A stretch of 56,418 nt of DNA from an uncultured Candidatus Saccharibacteria bacterium (GTDB taxonomy: Bacteria; Patescibacteriota; Minisyncoccia; Phycocordibacterales; JACOZG01). The notes below the pieces were generated by a model. The model was not told the DNA's origin, made no database searches, and worked only from the letters and a program-made list of their open reading frames with translations. The translations under genes and the position numbers were made by a program. The stretch is from the NCBI GenBank assembly GCA_964564105.1, contig CAZLZS010000003.1:1-56418 (forward strand), read 5' to 3'. Shown here one piece after another: positions 32,796 to 42,818 of the stretch (the stretch's first letter is position 1; the number at the start of each line of letters is the position of its first letter).

Positions 32796-35054
32796 ATGAC
32801 TTTCACTAGATATCGTTTCCTCGCTCTGCTTCTTGGTCTCTTCCTGGTCCTCGCCCTCGCGATCACAGCCCAGACCGTCTTCGCCCAGACCAGTCAGTCG
32901 AACCAATCTCCCTTGAGTTTCCTCTACCAGCAGTTAGCCACTCTCCGTCAGCATCTCACGGCCCTAACGAACGGTGGTTCTACTGCAACAACCCCGGCCG
33001 CCTCGGCCACGTGCACGGCCGGTTGGCCGCAGGAACTCTTGGCTTCAGACGGCGCGCCCTCTGACTTTTTCGGCTACTCGGTGGCCGTGTCCGGCGATGT
33101 GGCTCTCATCGGGGCGCGGCTCGATGACGACAAGGGCACGAACTCCGGCTCGGCCTATGTCTTCCGCTGGAACGGCTCGAGCTGGATTCAGGATCAGAAG
33201 TTGGTCGCTTCAGACGGAACAGCGGCTGAATTTTTCGGTACGTCCGTAGCGACTGATGGCAATACGGTTGCCGTCGGGGCACCAGGACACCTGGGCCGCG
33301 GGGCGGTCTACGTTTTCGGCTTCAATGGCTCGAGTTGGGTTCAACAACAAAAACTGGTGGCTTCGGATGGGGCGTCGAATGACGGGTTCGGCAGCTCGGT
33401 AGGCCTTTCCGGCAACGTCATGGCCGTGGGAGCGTACCTGGATGACGACAGGGGGTTTGACTCGGGATCGGGATACGTGTTCCGGTGGAGCGGCGCGAGC
33501 TGGGTGCAGGAGCAAAAACTGCTGGCTTCGGATGGGGCGTCGGTTGACAAGTTCGGGTTTGCCGTCAGCGCTTCCGACGACGTGATTCTGATCGGGGCCT
33601 ATAGTGATGATGATCGAGGGAATAGCTCCGGGTCGGCGTATGTTTTCGGATTCAACGGTTCAAGTTGGGTTCAAAGACAAAAGCTGGTGCCGCCGGACGG
33701 TGCGGCCTACGACCAGTTTGGCTATGCCGTGGCGGTCTCCGCTGGCTTGGCAGTCGTCGGAGCCAATCAGGATAGCAGCAAGGGCCTGGGCGTTGGGTCG
33801 GCTTATGTCTTCCGCTTCAACGGCTCAACTTGGATCCAGGAGACCGAGCTCTATGGTTCCGATAGCGCCACGAATGATTACTTCGGCGCTGCCGTCGCCA
33901 TTTCCAGCGACATGGTCGTCATCGGCGCTCCTCGTGATGACCACGATGGTTTCTCCGACTCGGGGACGGCCTATGTCTTCCGCCTGAACGGCTCCGCTTG
34001 GACGGAAGAAACCAAACTTCGGCACGGCAACGGTGCCTCAAGTGACTATTTCGGCTACGCCGTCGGCGCCTCGGGCGATCGGGTGATGGTCGGGGTCTAT
34101 TGGGATGACAATATTAACGGCGCCGACGCCGGTTCGGCCCACATCTTCACCGAGACCTGCACCACCCCCACCAACCTCCCCCCCGTGATCAACGCCGGCC
34201 CAGACCAGATCATTACTCTGCCAAACACTGCCACTCTAAGCGGCACGGTCACTGACGATGGCCTGCCTTCAGGCACGCTCACCACGAGCTGGAGTCAGGT
34301 CTCTGGCCCGGGCACAGCCACTTTTGCCAACCCGACCGCCCTGTCCACCATTGCCAGCTTCTTCGCCTCGGGCACCTATGTCCTGCGTCTGACCGCCACT
34401 GACAGCGCTCTTACCACCACGGACGATGTCGTCATCACCGTCAATCCGGCGGTGTCCACCGCCGACATCACCCCGCCCACCACGACTATTACAGCGCCCA
34501 CTAAGGGCGCCACGGTCTCGGGGACAGTGACAGTTTCAGTTACTGCCACTGACCCGATCGTGGCCAATCAAACCACCAGCGGTATGCGGGAGGTCACTTT
34601 AGTTATTGACAACACACTGCTCGCCACTGACACCACCTCTCCCTACTCGTTTGTCTGGGACACGACCACCCTTCCCGATGGCAGCCACACCATTTTCGCC
34701 ACCGCCGAAGACCAGGCCGGCAACCAGACCACAGTCTCAGTCATGGTCACGGTCAACAATCCCGTGATTGATAATGTCGTTCCCACTGTGGCCATCACTT
34801 TTCCTTTAAACAACAGCACGGTGGCCAGACGTTTGACTACCACCATAACGGTGAGCGCCACTGACAATGTTGGCGTCAGCCAAGTCCGCTTCTATGTTAA
34901 CGGCACGTTAAATTGCACCGATGCTTTAGCGCCTTACACCTGCGCTTGGAAAGTCGGCGGCAAGTCTGGTACTACCTTCCGATTGGACGCTCAAGCGTCT
35001 GATGCCGCCGGCCACATTGGCTACTCGGCGCCGGTGGTGGTGATAGGGAGGTGA
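32796..35054 (+). CDS. Secreted FG-GAP/integrin-alpha-like beta-propeller protein with C-terminal Ig-like domains
   Basis: 752 aa with a signal peptide. About seven repeats of SDGA..D.FG.SV..SG....IGA..DD.....SGSAYVF are present. These are followed by PPVINAGPDQIITLPNTATLSGTVTDDGLP and Ig-like repeats. Confidence 0.75.
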   Translation: MTFTRYRFLALLLGLFLVLALAITAQTVFAQTSQSNQSPLSFLYQQLATLRQHLTALTNGGSTATTPAASATCTAGWPQELLASDGAPSDFFGYSVAVSGDVALIGARLDDDKGTNSGSAYVFRWNGSSWIQDQKLVASDGTAAEFFGTSVATDGNTVAVGAPGHLGRGAVYVFGFNGSSWVQQQKLVASDGASNDGFGSSVGLSGNVMAVGAYLDDDRGFDSGSGYVFRWSGASWVQEQKLLASDGASVDKFGFAVSASDDVILIGAYSDDDRGNSSGSAYVFGFNGSSWVQRQKLVPPDGAAYDQFGYAVAVSAGLAVVGANQDSSKGLGVGSAYVFRFNGSTWIQETELYGSDSATNDYFGAAVAISSDMVVIGAPRDDHDGFSDSGTAYVFRLNGSAWTEETKLRHGNGASSDYFGYAVGASGDRVMVGVYWDDNINGADAGSAHIFTETCTTPTNLPPVINAGPDQIITLPNTATLSGTVTDDGLPSGTLTTSWSQVSGPGTATFANPTALSTIASFFASGTYVLRLTATDSALTTTDDVVITVNPAVSTADITPPTTTITAPTKGATVSGTVTVSVTATDPIVANQTTSGMREVTLVIDNTLLATDTTSPYSFVWDTTTLPDGSHTIFATAEDQAGNQTTVSVMVTVNNPVIDNVVPTVAITFPLNNSTVARRLTTTITVSATDNVGVSQVRFYVNGTLNCTDALAPYTCAWKVGGKSGTTFRLDAQASDAAGHIGYSAPVVVIGR

Positions 35055-35057
35055 TGT

Positions 35058-36587
35058 CTACCGCGCGTATTCAATGATGCGGGATTCGCGAATGACGGTC
35101 ACCTTGATTTCGCCCGGGTATTTGAGTTCTTGTTCGATTCGCAGGGCGATATTGCGGGCTAATTGTTTAGCTTCCAGGTCGCCGACTGCCTCTGGTTTGA
35201 CGAAAACTCGGACTTCCCGCCCGGCCTGAATGGCGTAAGTTTTTTCAATCCCCGGGAAAGAGTTCGCTAGATCTTCCAGGTCTTTCAGCCGGCGCAGATA
35301 ATTCTCAATGCTGTCGCGCCGCGCGCCCGGCCGGCCGCCGGAGATGGCGTCGGCGGTTTGAACAATGACTGCTTCCAGTGTTTCGTAAGGGTATTCGCCG
35401 TGATGGGACTGCATCGCTTTGATTACGGCCGGCGCGGCGCCGAATTTTTCCAGAATCCGTTTGCCGATCTCCACATGCGTTCCCGAGACTTCGTGGTCCA
35501 CGGCCTTGCCGAGGTCATGGAGCAGGGCGCCGGCCCGGGCCACTTGCGAATCCGCGCCGAGTTCCTCGGCAAGCATACCGGCGAGATGGGCCATTTCCAC
35601 CGAATGCTGGAGCACATTCTGACCGTAACTGGTGCGGAAGTGAAGCCGTCCCAAGATCAAAATAATCCGCGGGTCGAGGTTAAAAACATTAGCTTCATAG
35701 GCCGCTTGCTCGCCCTTATCTTTGATAATTTGGGCGATATTTTCTTTGGCTTTCTCCATCATTTCCTCGATTTTGGCCGGGTGGATCCGGCCGTCAAGAA
35801 TCAGGTTTTCAAGAGCGACCTTGGCGACCTGTCGACGCACCGGATCAAAAGAGGAAAGAGTGATGACCCCGGGCGTGTCGTCAATGATTACTTCGACGCC
35901 GGTCGCTTTTTCAAAAGCCCGAATGTTCCGACCTTCCTTGCCGATAATCTTACCCTTAACGTCATCCGACGGGAGGGCGACGACCGAAGAACTGATCTCG
36001 GCGACCGTGGAGTTAGCGAGACGTTGGATGGTGGCGGCCAAAATTTCTTTGGCGCGCGTTTCCAACTTTTCGCTGCCGGCGGTTTCGAGTTGGCGCAGAC
36101 GCAAGAGGAAGTCCTCCTCATAATTTTTGGTGATCGTCTGGATGATTTCCGTTCGGGCTTCCTCGGTGGTCAGTTTGGCCACGCGCTCCAGTTCCGCGGC
36201 CCGGACCGCTTCTTCTTCCTGAAGTTTGTCTTTCAGTTTTTTAATCTCCTCGAGCCGATTCCTGATCGTTTCCAGCTCGCGGTCAATGTCGAGCTGACGT
36301 TTGTCGAGAAGCTCGTCTTTTTTGAGCAGCCGTTCCTCCTTCTTTTTCAGTTCGTCTTCCTTAATCCGTTCCTTTTCTTTGATTTCCTTGAGCAGTTCCT
36401 CAGATTGTTTCTCGGCCCGGTCGGTAATTTTCTGGGCCTGGTCTTTGGCCTCAAGAATTGTCCGTTTGACCGAGATTTCAACCGATCCTTTCTGACCGAG
36501 AGTAATCAGCCACCGCAGGAAGTAACCCAAGACCACACCCCCGAGTCCGCTCGTGGCAATTAAGAATAGTAAGGTTTTGATTGGCAC
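35058..36587 (-). CDS. rny: Ribonuclease Y
   Basis: 509 aa with an N-terminal TM anchor, a long coiled coil, a KH domain (GKIIGKEGRNIRAFE) and an HD domain (LLHDLGKAVDHE). Confidence 0.95.
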   Translation of the reverse strand: MPIKTLLFLIATSGLGGVVLGYFLRWLITLGQKGSVEISVKRTILEAKDQAQKITDRAEKQSEELLKEIKEKERIKEDELKKKEERLLKKDELLDKRQLDIDRELETIRNRLEEIKKLKDKLQEEEAVRAAELERVAKLTTEEARTEIIQTITKNYEEDFLLRLRQLETAGSEKLETRAKEILAATIQRLANSTVAEISSSVVALPSDDVKGKIIGKEGRNIRAFEKATGVEVIIDDTPGVITLSSFDPVRRQVAKVALENLILDGRIHPAKIEEMMEKAKENIAQIIKDKGEQAAYEANVFNLDPRIILILGRLHFRTSYGQNVLQHSVEMAHLAGMLAEELGADSQVARAGALLHDLGKAVDHEVSGTHVEIGKRILEKFGAAPAVIKAMQSHHGEYPYETLEAVIVQTADAISGGRPGARRDSIENYLRRLKDLEDLANSFPGIEKTYAIQAGREVRVFVKPEAVGDLEAKQLARNIALRIEQELKYPGEIKVTVIRESRIIEYAR

Positions 36588-36695
36588 AGGGATTAATCAT
36601 CTAAATTTAATAAAAGAACACCCTATACTAGCAAAGGCGATGACGTTTGGCAAATTTTAAAAGTGCTACACTGGAAGAAACGCGATGAAGTAATT

Positions 36696-37145
36696 ATGGG
36701 TAAACATTATTTTTTGATTATTGCCCTGGCGCTCGGCGCGTTATGGTTTGTCCTCACCAATTTTGTTCAACACCGGGGGTTGAACGCTCAATACTTAGAA
36801 ATCGGTGGGCAACGACTCGCGGTGGAAATCGCCGACGACGAGACTGAACGCTCACGCGGTCTCTCGGGCCGAACGCGTTTGGCGTCCAACGAGGGAATGC
36901 TGTTTGTCTTTGACGCACCCGGATCATACGGTTTCTGGATGAAAGAGATGAATTTTCCAATTGACATTATCTGGCTTGACGAGGATTGGCGAATCACGGG
37001 CATTACCGCTAATCTCTCGCCCGATTCATACCCGCAAGTTTTCTACCCGCCCGAACCGGTCAAATATGTGCTGGAGGTGAACGCTGGCTTGGCCGCGGCG
37101 CAACAACTCTCAATCGGGGCAAAACTCAAGTTAAGGCAAAAATAA
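36696..37145 (+). CDS. DUF192-domain protein
   Basis: Contains a signal anchor and RSRGLSGRTRLASNEGMLFVF........FWMKEMNFPIDIIWLDED. The ATG at 36696 is preferred over the track start at 36663. Confidence 0.75.
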   Translation: MGKHYFLIIALALGALWFVLTNFVQHRGLNAQYLEIGGQRLAVEIADDETERSRGLSGRTRLASNEGMLFVFDAPGSYGFWMKEMNFPIDIIWLDEDWRITGITANLSPDSYPQVFYPPEPVKYVLEVNAGLAAAQQLSIGAKLKLRQK

Positions 37146-37163
37146 CCCCGCTGCTGGCGGGGT
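37141..37163 (-). terminator. Terminator hairpin downstream of acpP (shared with the convergent DUF192 gene)
   Basis: ACCCCGC-TGCTG-GCGGGGT. On the minus strand it is followed by TATTTT. Confidence 0.5.
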
Positions 37164-37178
37164 AATTGGGTGGAGACA

Positions 37179-37427
37179 CTAACGTCTGGGCTTTCTCAAG
37201 ACATAATCGATGGTTTGGCCAATGGTCTTAAGCTGATTAGCTTCCTCATCGGGAATCGTGATGTGAAAGGCATCTTCGATTTCCATCACCATCTCGAACA
37301 AATCAAGAGAATCAGCCCCAAAATCTTTGGCAAAATCAGCGTCCTCGGTAAGCGTTTTCTCGTCTTCTGGACAAAGCTGCTGTTTAACGATCAGAAAAAT
37401 CTTATACCCGACTTCTTCTCTGGTCAT
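37179..37427 (-). CDS. acpP: Acyl carrier protein
   Basis: 82 aa with the phosphopantetheine attachment motif (FGADSLDLFEMVMEIEDAF). Confidence 0.85.
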   Translation of the reverse strand: MTREEVGYKIFLIVKQQLCPEDEKTLTEDADFAKDFGADSLDLFEMVMEIEDAFHITIPDEEANQLKTIGQTIDYVLRKPRR

Positions 37428-37502
37428 ACGCGCCTCCTTTCTGTTTTTGGCCGCGATCCAAGGGTCAAATTAACAAACAGGCGGCTAAAGGTCAAGCAGC
37501 GA

Positions 37503-37862
37503 CTAAAAAGCCGAGGAGCCGATTTTATCGACAATGCCGAGCACCGGGAGGGGCACGAGGCAAAAGGCAATGGCCTCAAAACACGGCGTGCCGCCAGCCG
37601 GTAGCGCCGTGCCCAAGACATTGGGCCCGGGCGTGAACACATTGTAGTAAGGGAAGATAACCGTGCCGGAAGTGATGAGAAAGCGCCCGGGTCGCGGCGC
37701 GCCAACCGTAATGGCCACGCCATTGCAGCAATACTCCACCACCAAAATCCGGCCGCCAAAGGGAATCAGGCCCTGGCCGGAGGCGCGCAAGCCGCCGCCG
37801 AAGAAAAAGAAAATCATTCCCAGCGCGGCGACGGACAGAAAAATTAAATAAATTTTGGTCAT
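37503..37862 (-). CDS. Small secreted Cys-containing hypothetical protein
   Basis: 119 aa with a signal peptide (MTKIYLIFLSVAALGMIFFFF). It has a 4-nt overlap with the upstream IPT-domain gene. Confidence 0.5.
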   Translation of the reverse strand: MTKIYLIFLSVAALGMIFFFFGGGLRASGQGLIPFGGRILVVEYCCNGVAITVGAPRPGRFLITSGTVIFPYYNVFTPGPNVLGTALPAGGTPCFEAIAFCLVPLPVLGIVDKIGSSAF

Positions 37863-38389
37863 AAATCCAGCACGAATTCACCCGGGGTCTTGGTCGCGCC
37901 GTTCGCGTTTCTAATGTAAAAACGATAACGCAGTTCCGGAAAGGTCTCGGTTTTAATCGCCCCGAGATTAGCCGGCAGGCCCGGCGGCTCAACGCGCAGA
38001 GTGATGGTTTGGCCGTCGGGCGAGGAGAGATCGGGAAGAGTGCTGTAACTGGCGTAAACATTGTTGCCGGTCGGCGTAAAACCCGAACCGCGGATGGTAA
38101 TGATTGTACCAACCCCGCCGTGGGACGGTGTGATACCAGAAATTTCCGGCTGGCCATAAATTGTTAGAGGAGAAATCGGGGTGGCGACTGATTTTTCCGG
38201 CGCCGGCCGGTAAACCCCGTTAGAAACTTCGTTTCTAACGGGGTAAATAATTGTCGGCCTGTTTTGAGCCGCTAAAACCTCACTCAGGCGCGTGAGTAAA
38301 ACTTGCAATTGCCTCAATAATTCCGGGTTGATGATCAGGGCTGACCACAACAGGATCGAGGCGGCTAATTTCTTATTCATTTTATCCAC
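37859..38389 (-). CDS. Secreted IPT/TIG-like domain protein
   Basis: 176 aa with a signal peptide. An IPT-like segment is present (ISGITPSHGGVGTIITIRGSGFTPTGNNVY). The linker PVRNEVSNGV is encoded by the palindrome at 38214-38244. Confidence 0.6.
   Translation of the reverse strand: MDKMNKKLAASILLWSALIINPELLRQLQVLLTRLSEVLAAQNRPTIIYPVRNEVSNGVYRPAPEKSVATPISPLTIYGQPEISGITPSHGGVGTIITIRGSGFTPTGNNVYASYSTLPDLSSPDGQTITLRVEPPGLPANLGAIKTETFPELRYRFYIRNANGATKTPGEFVLDL
38214..38244. repeat. 31-nt perfect palindrome ACCCCGTTAGAAAC-TTC-GTTTCTAACGGGGT inside a CDS (CCCGTTAGAA family)
   Basis: Exact 14-bp arms. It is identical to the copy at 52111-52141 except for one loop base. Confidence 0.9.
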
Positions 38390-38432
38390 TTTATCATAAA
38401 ATCTGGTATCTCGCCGGAAAAAATCGGATATA

Positions 38433-38502
38433 ACCCCGTTAGAAGTTCAACCACCTTAACTTATTCACTAAAAACTGCTGTGAACGAAACTTCTAACGGG
38501 GT
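38433..38502. repeat. Perfect 15-bp inverted repeat ACCCCGTTAGAAGTT / AACTTCTAACGGGGT with a 40-nt spacer (CCCGTTAGAA family)
   Basis: The arms lie at 38433-38447 and 38488-38502, in the divergent promoter region. The right arm runs into TATAAT (38502-38507), 8 nt before the ATG at 38515. Confidence 0.9.
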
Positions 38503-38514
38503 ATAATGTAGCCG

Positions 38515-39186
38515 ATGAAGAAACTCGGGATAATAATTTTGTTTATCCTGTTATTTTCCGTCTGGGGTTTATGGTATTTGGGCGGCCAGAAGACTGTCGA
38601 GCCGACAGCGACGGCACCAACTGAATTGACTGGGGATGAGAAACTCGTCGCTCTGGTACAGAAAACCCGCGCCGCAACCGGCCGACCCCTGCTTGATCCG
38701 GCGGCCGCGGCCGGCGCTAGGCCGGCGAGCGCCTTTCAAGTGACGGAAAACGACCTAGTGATCGAGACGGGCGACAATCCGGACGAAACGCGGCGCTACG
38801 GCCAAGCGGTCAGCCAACTTTTCCAAAATATCGCACCCAGTCAAGCCGGCACTGAATTAAAACTGGCGCTCGAGGCCCTGGAAGAGCAGTCGCCGGTCAA
38901 GGCCGCGACCGTAAAGCAAGAGGCCGAGCGCTACGGCCGGTTGGCCGCCGGACTCCAGCGACTGGTGGCGCCAGCGGCACTAAAAGTCGTGCATCTAAAT
39001 CTTTTAAACGCGGTTTTGGGTCTGGCCGAGATTGATTCGTACTTGGCGGAAATCTTGACTGAACCGATCCTGGCCCTGGATCAGGCACCGATCTTTGCGC
39101 ACCGCTACGAGCGGCTGGCCGGCGCGGTGATGATTCTGAATCAAGTGCTGGCGGTTCATAATCTGCCCTTGATTGCCGCCTTATGA
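38515..39186 (+). CDS. Membrane-anchored hypothetical protein, first gene of the T4SS-like operon
   Basis: 223 aa with an N-terminal TM helix (LGIIILFILLFSVWGLWYL) and a helical body. It has a 4-nt overlap with the next gene. Confidence 0.55.
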   Translation: MKKLGIIILFILLFSVWGLWYLGGQKTVEPTATAPTELTGDEKLVALVQKTRAATGRPLLDPAAAAGARPASAFQVTENDLVIETGDNPDETRRYGQAVSQLFQNIAPSQAGTELKLALEALEEQSPVKAATVKQEAERYGRLAAGLQRLVAPAALKVVHLNLLNAVLGLAEIDSYLAEILTEPILALDQAPIFAHRYERLAGAVMILNQVLAVHNLPLIAAL

Positions 39187-42100
39187 TCATGATCACGACA
39201 AAAACAATTCGTCTTCCCACGGCGGCCATTCTGATTCTCACCTTGCTGGGGCAATTCCTGGCGCCGCTCACGGCCTTCGCCCAACCGACTGACCTGCCGC
39301 CGGCCGAGACGGTCGTCGGCCCGCCGGCGCCAGATATAGTTGGCTTGCCCGGCGGCCCGGCCGGGCCGCCGTCTGAACTCGCGCCCCTGCCGCCAGGCCG
39401 GCCGAAAAACCCAGCCCAGATTCTGGCTGAAGCGCGGCGCGACGACGCCCGGGCCTGCCAAGCCGAGTCCACGGCCGGCACCGGCGTCTCGGCCCTGAAA
39501 CCAGAATCATTGCAAAACGGCTTGGCCGACGACATCGGCCAAGCCCTGCCGCCCATTGTGAGCGACGCCCTGACCAATGACCTGCCGCGGCGATTGCAAA
39601 CCGCGCTCCAGCGGGAACTGCCGAGCATTGTGAGCGACGGCCTGCGCCGCGAACTGCCGCCGCTGCTGGCGGAAAAAATCCAACTCTTAAATCAAGAACA
39701 ATTAGGGAATTTTGAAACTCATTTTCCGGACTTGCTTAACGACACGATCCGCGAGGCCCTGCCCGGCATTCTGACTGACGGGATTGAGACCCGCCTGCCG
39801 CGGCTCGTGGGTGAGAGCGTCCGCGGCTCGCTCGGCGCGCGCCTGGGCCCGGGGCTTAACAATGCCACCGAGATTTTCGTCCGGGCCGAGTTCGGCGGCC
39901 AGATTAACGACCAGATTTCAGAAATCTTCGGTTTCATGATTTCTTACATCGGCGATCTGTTTAATTCCGTCAATGCTTCAATTGAAGGATTACGGGCAAC
40001 AGTTACTGCTTTACAATCTTCACTGACTAGCCTCACTGGCATCTTATCTATACCGGGTCAAATCAATCAATTGATTCAGCAAATCAATGATTTGAGGCAA
40101 AAAGCCACAGAGATTGGACAATTCATCACCTGGTTGCAAAATCGCCAGGCCAATCAAGAACAAATGACCGAAGATATCATCAAGGGGTTGACCGTAACGA
40201 TCCAGGAAAGTTTGACTCGGGGCGACACCATGGAACGGCTGACTGACGCCCTGGCCGCGGACATGACCGGGCCGATTATTAATTCGCTGGAAGGCGGCAT
40301 GGATGACATCACAACCGCGTTCTTGGAACCGGTCAACCGAGCGCTCGGCAGCATTGAGAATCTGCCCAATGTTTTCTTTGATCCAATCAACCGCGCGGTT
40401 GACAACTTGGTCAACACCGCGACCGGCGTGATTGACGCCCAAATCCGCGCTGTCACGAGCGCCATCACCGCGCCGATTGATGCCATCACCCAATCCCTAA
40501 GCCAGACGATTGAGCAGACAATGACCGCGGCGCTCCAACCAATCACCGGCACTCTAACCGGCGTAGTTAGCCAAGCCAGTAATTTTATTGCCGCGCCGAT
40601 CAATCTTGCCAGCCAGCAGATTAATGATTTCTTTCTCGGCTCTGGTCTGCCGGCGGCTGATTTAAGTCAAGCGCTTTATCCAAATAGTTATTACCAGTCC
40701 CTGCAAGCGCCGCCCTCGCCGCTTGACCCGACCACCCTGCCCGGTTACACCCCGGGGGTCGGCGAGATCGGCAGTCCTCTGGCCGGACCGCCGGCAGAAC
40801 TGCCGCTCACCGAGACTATCAGCGGAATGGCGAGCGAAGGCGCCAGCGCTGCAAGCGGCGCCACCCAGGGGATTGCCGAGCAAGCGGTCAACAATCAAAT
40901 TACGGCCGGCGACCTAACCGGCAATATCGGCACCACTTTTGCCCAAGTAGGACTAACCGGCGCTATAAACGCCACTCTCGGCGGACTGGTGGCCGGCATA
41001 CCGATTATCGGCGGCGCGGCTCAAAATTTGGTGGCTAATTTCGCCAATCGGGCCGCGGCGGCGCTCGGCTTATCGGGCGCGGTCGGTCTCGCTGTACCAA
41101 CTACTGAAATCGGCGCCCTGCTTTCCACCGAGCAAAGCACCAACCAGATCACCGGCCAGATCAAGGGCATCAATGAACAGATGAAGAAAACCCAGGATCA
41201 GATTTTGAAACTGACGGCCGAGATCAAAAGTTTGCAGATTGAATCCTGCACCTATTTGAAAACCATCCGCCGGATCCAATTGGCTTTTGAGGCCAAAGAA
41301 TTTGTCCAAGACCCGGACGCCAAAAAAGCCCTTGGCCGGGCAATTGAATATCACAACCGGCAATTATTTACGGATTTGCGAGCCGGGCGGGCGCCAGCGA
41401 ACGCGGAAAATCTTAATCCGGAAAAGGATAAAGAACCGGTGGTGCCTAAGAATCTCAACGCGGCCATTACCGAAGGACGGCAAGAGGTAACCGGCGCTTT
41501 TCTTGATGAACTGAAAAACATTGACTCGCGGTTCAAAGACGAGATTGTGACCAAACTCAAAACCGAGCAGGCGGAGACATTTGCCGACCGGATTAAACCA
41601 ACCTTGAGCCAAGAACAATATCAGAAAATTACCTCGGGCGAAGAATTCAGCTGGGACACCTGGCTGGAACTGGTCAAACCCCAGAACACGCCGGCCGGAG
41701 CCGAATTCTTGGCCCGGGAAGAATTGGCGCGACGCCAGGCCGCCAACGAACAAAATACCCGCGAAGAACTGCTGGCTGGCCTCGGTTTTCTGAACACCGA
41801 CGAGTGCGCGAAATACAGCGAGAACGGCTGGTGTATCGAGCGAAAAACTCTAACCCCGGGATCGGTTAGCCAGGGTTACGCCGTAGAAGGACTAACGAGC
41901 GTCATTCGCAAAACCGAAAACACCGAGATTCTTGATGACTACATCACGCCGGAACTGGAGACCAATCTGGAACGGCTCAAAGATATCGGTGATTACAGCG
42001 GCGCGAGCGAGGACACCGTCTATAACCAGCCCGACCCGTGCCCGGGGCCCGGACCCTGCCCGGACTCGGGCTGGGGCAAGATTCCGGCGCCGCGGCCGGC

Positions 42101-42818
42101 TGGCACCGGTTACACCACACCGCCGACTCCCGATCCAGCTGAACTGCCGCCTCTCATTCTGCCGGAGATCATTAATAATGTTTTGACGCTTAATCTGACT
42201 TTTGAAACACCGACCCTGACAGAAGTGAATAACGGCGCGGGCAATACTACGATTATCAAATGGCGATCTACAAACGCCGAGGAGTGCCGCGCGGACAACA
42301 ACTGGCTCTCGGGTTCAACCGCCGGCGCGCCGGCCGCGGCCGCGGGCTCTCTTCTCACGGCGACTGGCGAACGGCGCATTACCCATCCAGTAGATCTTGA
42401 TCTCCAGATTACCCGTCTCGCCGCTGACGGCAATCAAAGCGATGTGCCATTAACCAAGCCTGAAACGGCCGATAAACTCCGGGCAAAAATTATCTTTGAC
42501 GCGCGAACCGTCAGCGACATCCAGCCGGACGATATCTACCAAATCGTCTTCACCAGCGCCGGCGCCGCTGATCTTGGTTTTGAAGTCGGCGGCGCGGGAA
42601 AAATTAATCCGGCCACGCCAGCCACAGTAGTCCAGCTCATCCAGCGGGAAATCGCGAACTTGCTGACGCAAGAAACGGCGCTCGCCAGCGAGCTCGCGAA
42701 ATACATTTTCACCGGCTTTTCCGGCGGCACCCTCACCATCACGCCGAAACTGACTTACGGCTTATCCTGCTACCAGGGCGCGAGCCAAGTCAGCCAGAGC
42801 GTGGAGATAAAACGATGA
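39183..42818 (+). CDS. Very large secreted hypothetical protein (1211 aa) of the T4SS-like operon
   Basis: It has a signal peptide ending AFAQP and a Pro-rich segment. Repeated (E)LP..(V/L)(S/T)D motifs, long coiled-coil-like regions and a C-terminal beta-rich region follow. It overlaps both neighbours by 4 nt. Confidence 0.65.
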   Translation: MIMITTKTIRLPTAAILILTLLGQFLAPLTAFAQPTDLPPAETVVGPPAPDIVGLPGGPAGPPSELAPLPPGRPKNPAQILAEARRDDARACQAESTAGTGVSALKPESLQNGLADDIGQALPPIVSDALTNDLPRRLQTALQRELPSIVSDGLRRELPPLLAEKIQLLNQEQLGNFETHFPDLLNDTIREALPGILTDGIETRLPRLVGESVRGSLGARLGPGLNNATEIFVRAEFGGQINDQISEIFGFMISYIGDLFNSVNASIEGLRATVTALQSSLTSLTGILSIPGQINQLIQQINDLRQKATEIGQFITWLQNRQANQEQMTEDIIKGLTVTIQESLTRGDTMERLTDALAADMTGPIINSLEGGMDDITTAFLEPVNRALGSIENLPNVFFDPINRAVDNLVNTATGVIDAQIRAVTSAITAPIDAITQSLSQTIEQTMTAALQPITGTLTGVVSQASNFIAAPINLASQQINDFFLGSGLPAADLSQALYPNSYYQSLQAPPSPLDPTTLPGYTPGVGEIGSPLAGPPAELPLTETISGMASEGASAASGATQGIAEQAVNNQITAGDLTGNIGTTFAQVGLTGAINATLGGLVAGIPIIGGAAQNLVANFANRAAAALGLSGAVGLAVPTTEIGALLSTEQSTNQITGQIKGINEQMKKTQDQILKLTAEIKSLQIESCTYLKTIRRIQLAFEAKEFVQDPDAKKALGRAIEYHNRQLFTDLRAGRAPANAENLNPEKDKEPVVPKNLNAAITEGRQEVTGAFLDELKNIDSRFKDEIVTKLKTEQAETFADRIKPTLSQEQYQKITSGEEFSWDTWLELVKPQNTPAGAEFLAREELARRQAANEQNTREELLAGLGFLNTDECAKYSENGWCIERKTLTPGSVSQGYAVEGLTSVIRKTENTEILDDYITPELETNLERLKDIGDYSGASEDTVYNQPDPCPGPGPCPDSGWGKIPAPRPAGTGYTTPPTPDPAELPPLILPEIINNVLTLNLTFETPTLTEVNNGAGNTTIIKWRSTNAEECRADNNWLSGSTAGAPAAAAGSLLTATGERRITHPVDLDLQITRLAADGNQSDVPLTKPETADKLRAKIIFDARTVSDIQPDDIYQIVFTSAGAADLGFEVGGAGKINPATPATVVQLIQREIANLLTQETALASELAKYIFTGFSGGTLTITPKLTYGLSCYQGASQVSQSVEIKR

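Noticed and set aside
35358-36563. 401-aa ORF on the plus strand
   Set aside because: It lies entirely antisense to the well-supported RNase Y gene. Its sequence is low-complexity (F/L/R/G-rich), which is typical of a mirror frame of a Lys/Glu-rich gene.
37424-38157. Minus-strand ORFs 37424-37759 (111 aa) and 37576-38157 (193 aa)
   Set aside because: They overlap, in other frames, the better-supported 119-aa signal-peptide ORF and the IPT-domain ORF. Their composition is Arg/Pro-rich.
38897-39628. 243-aa minus-strand ORF, and the ORFs at 39156-39461 and 39268-39510
   Set aside because: These are Arg/Pro/Gly/Ser-rich shadow frames of GC-rich plus-strand genes in the T4SS-like operon.
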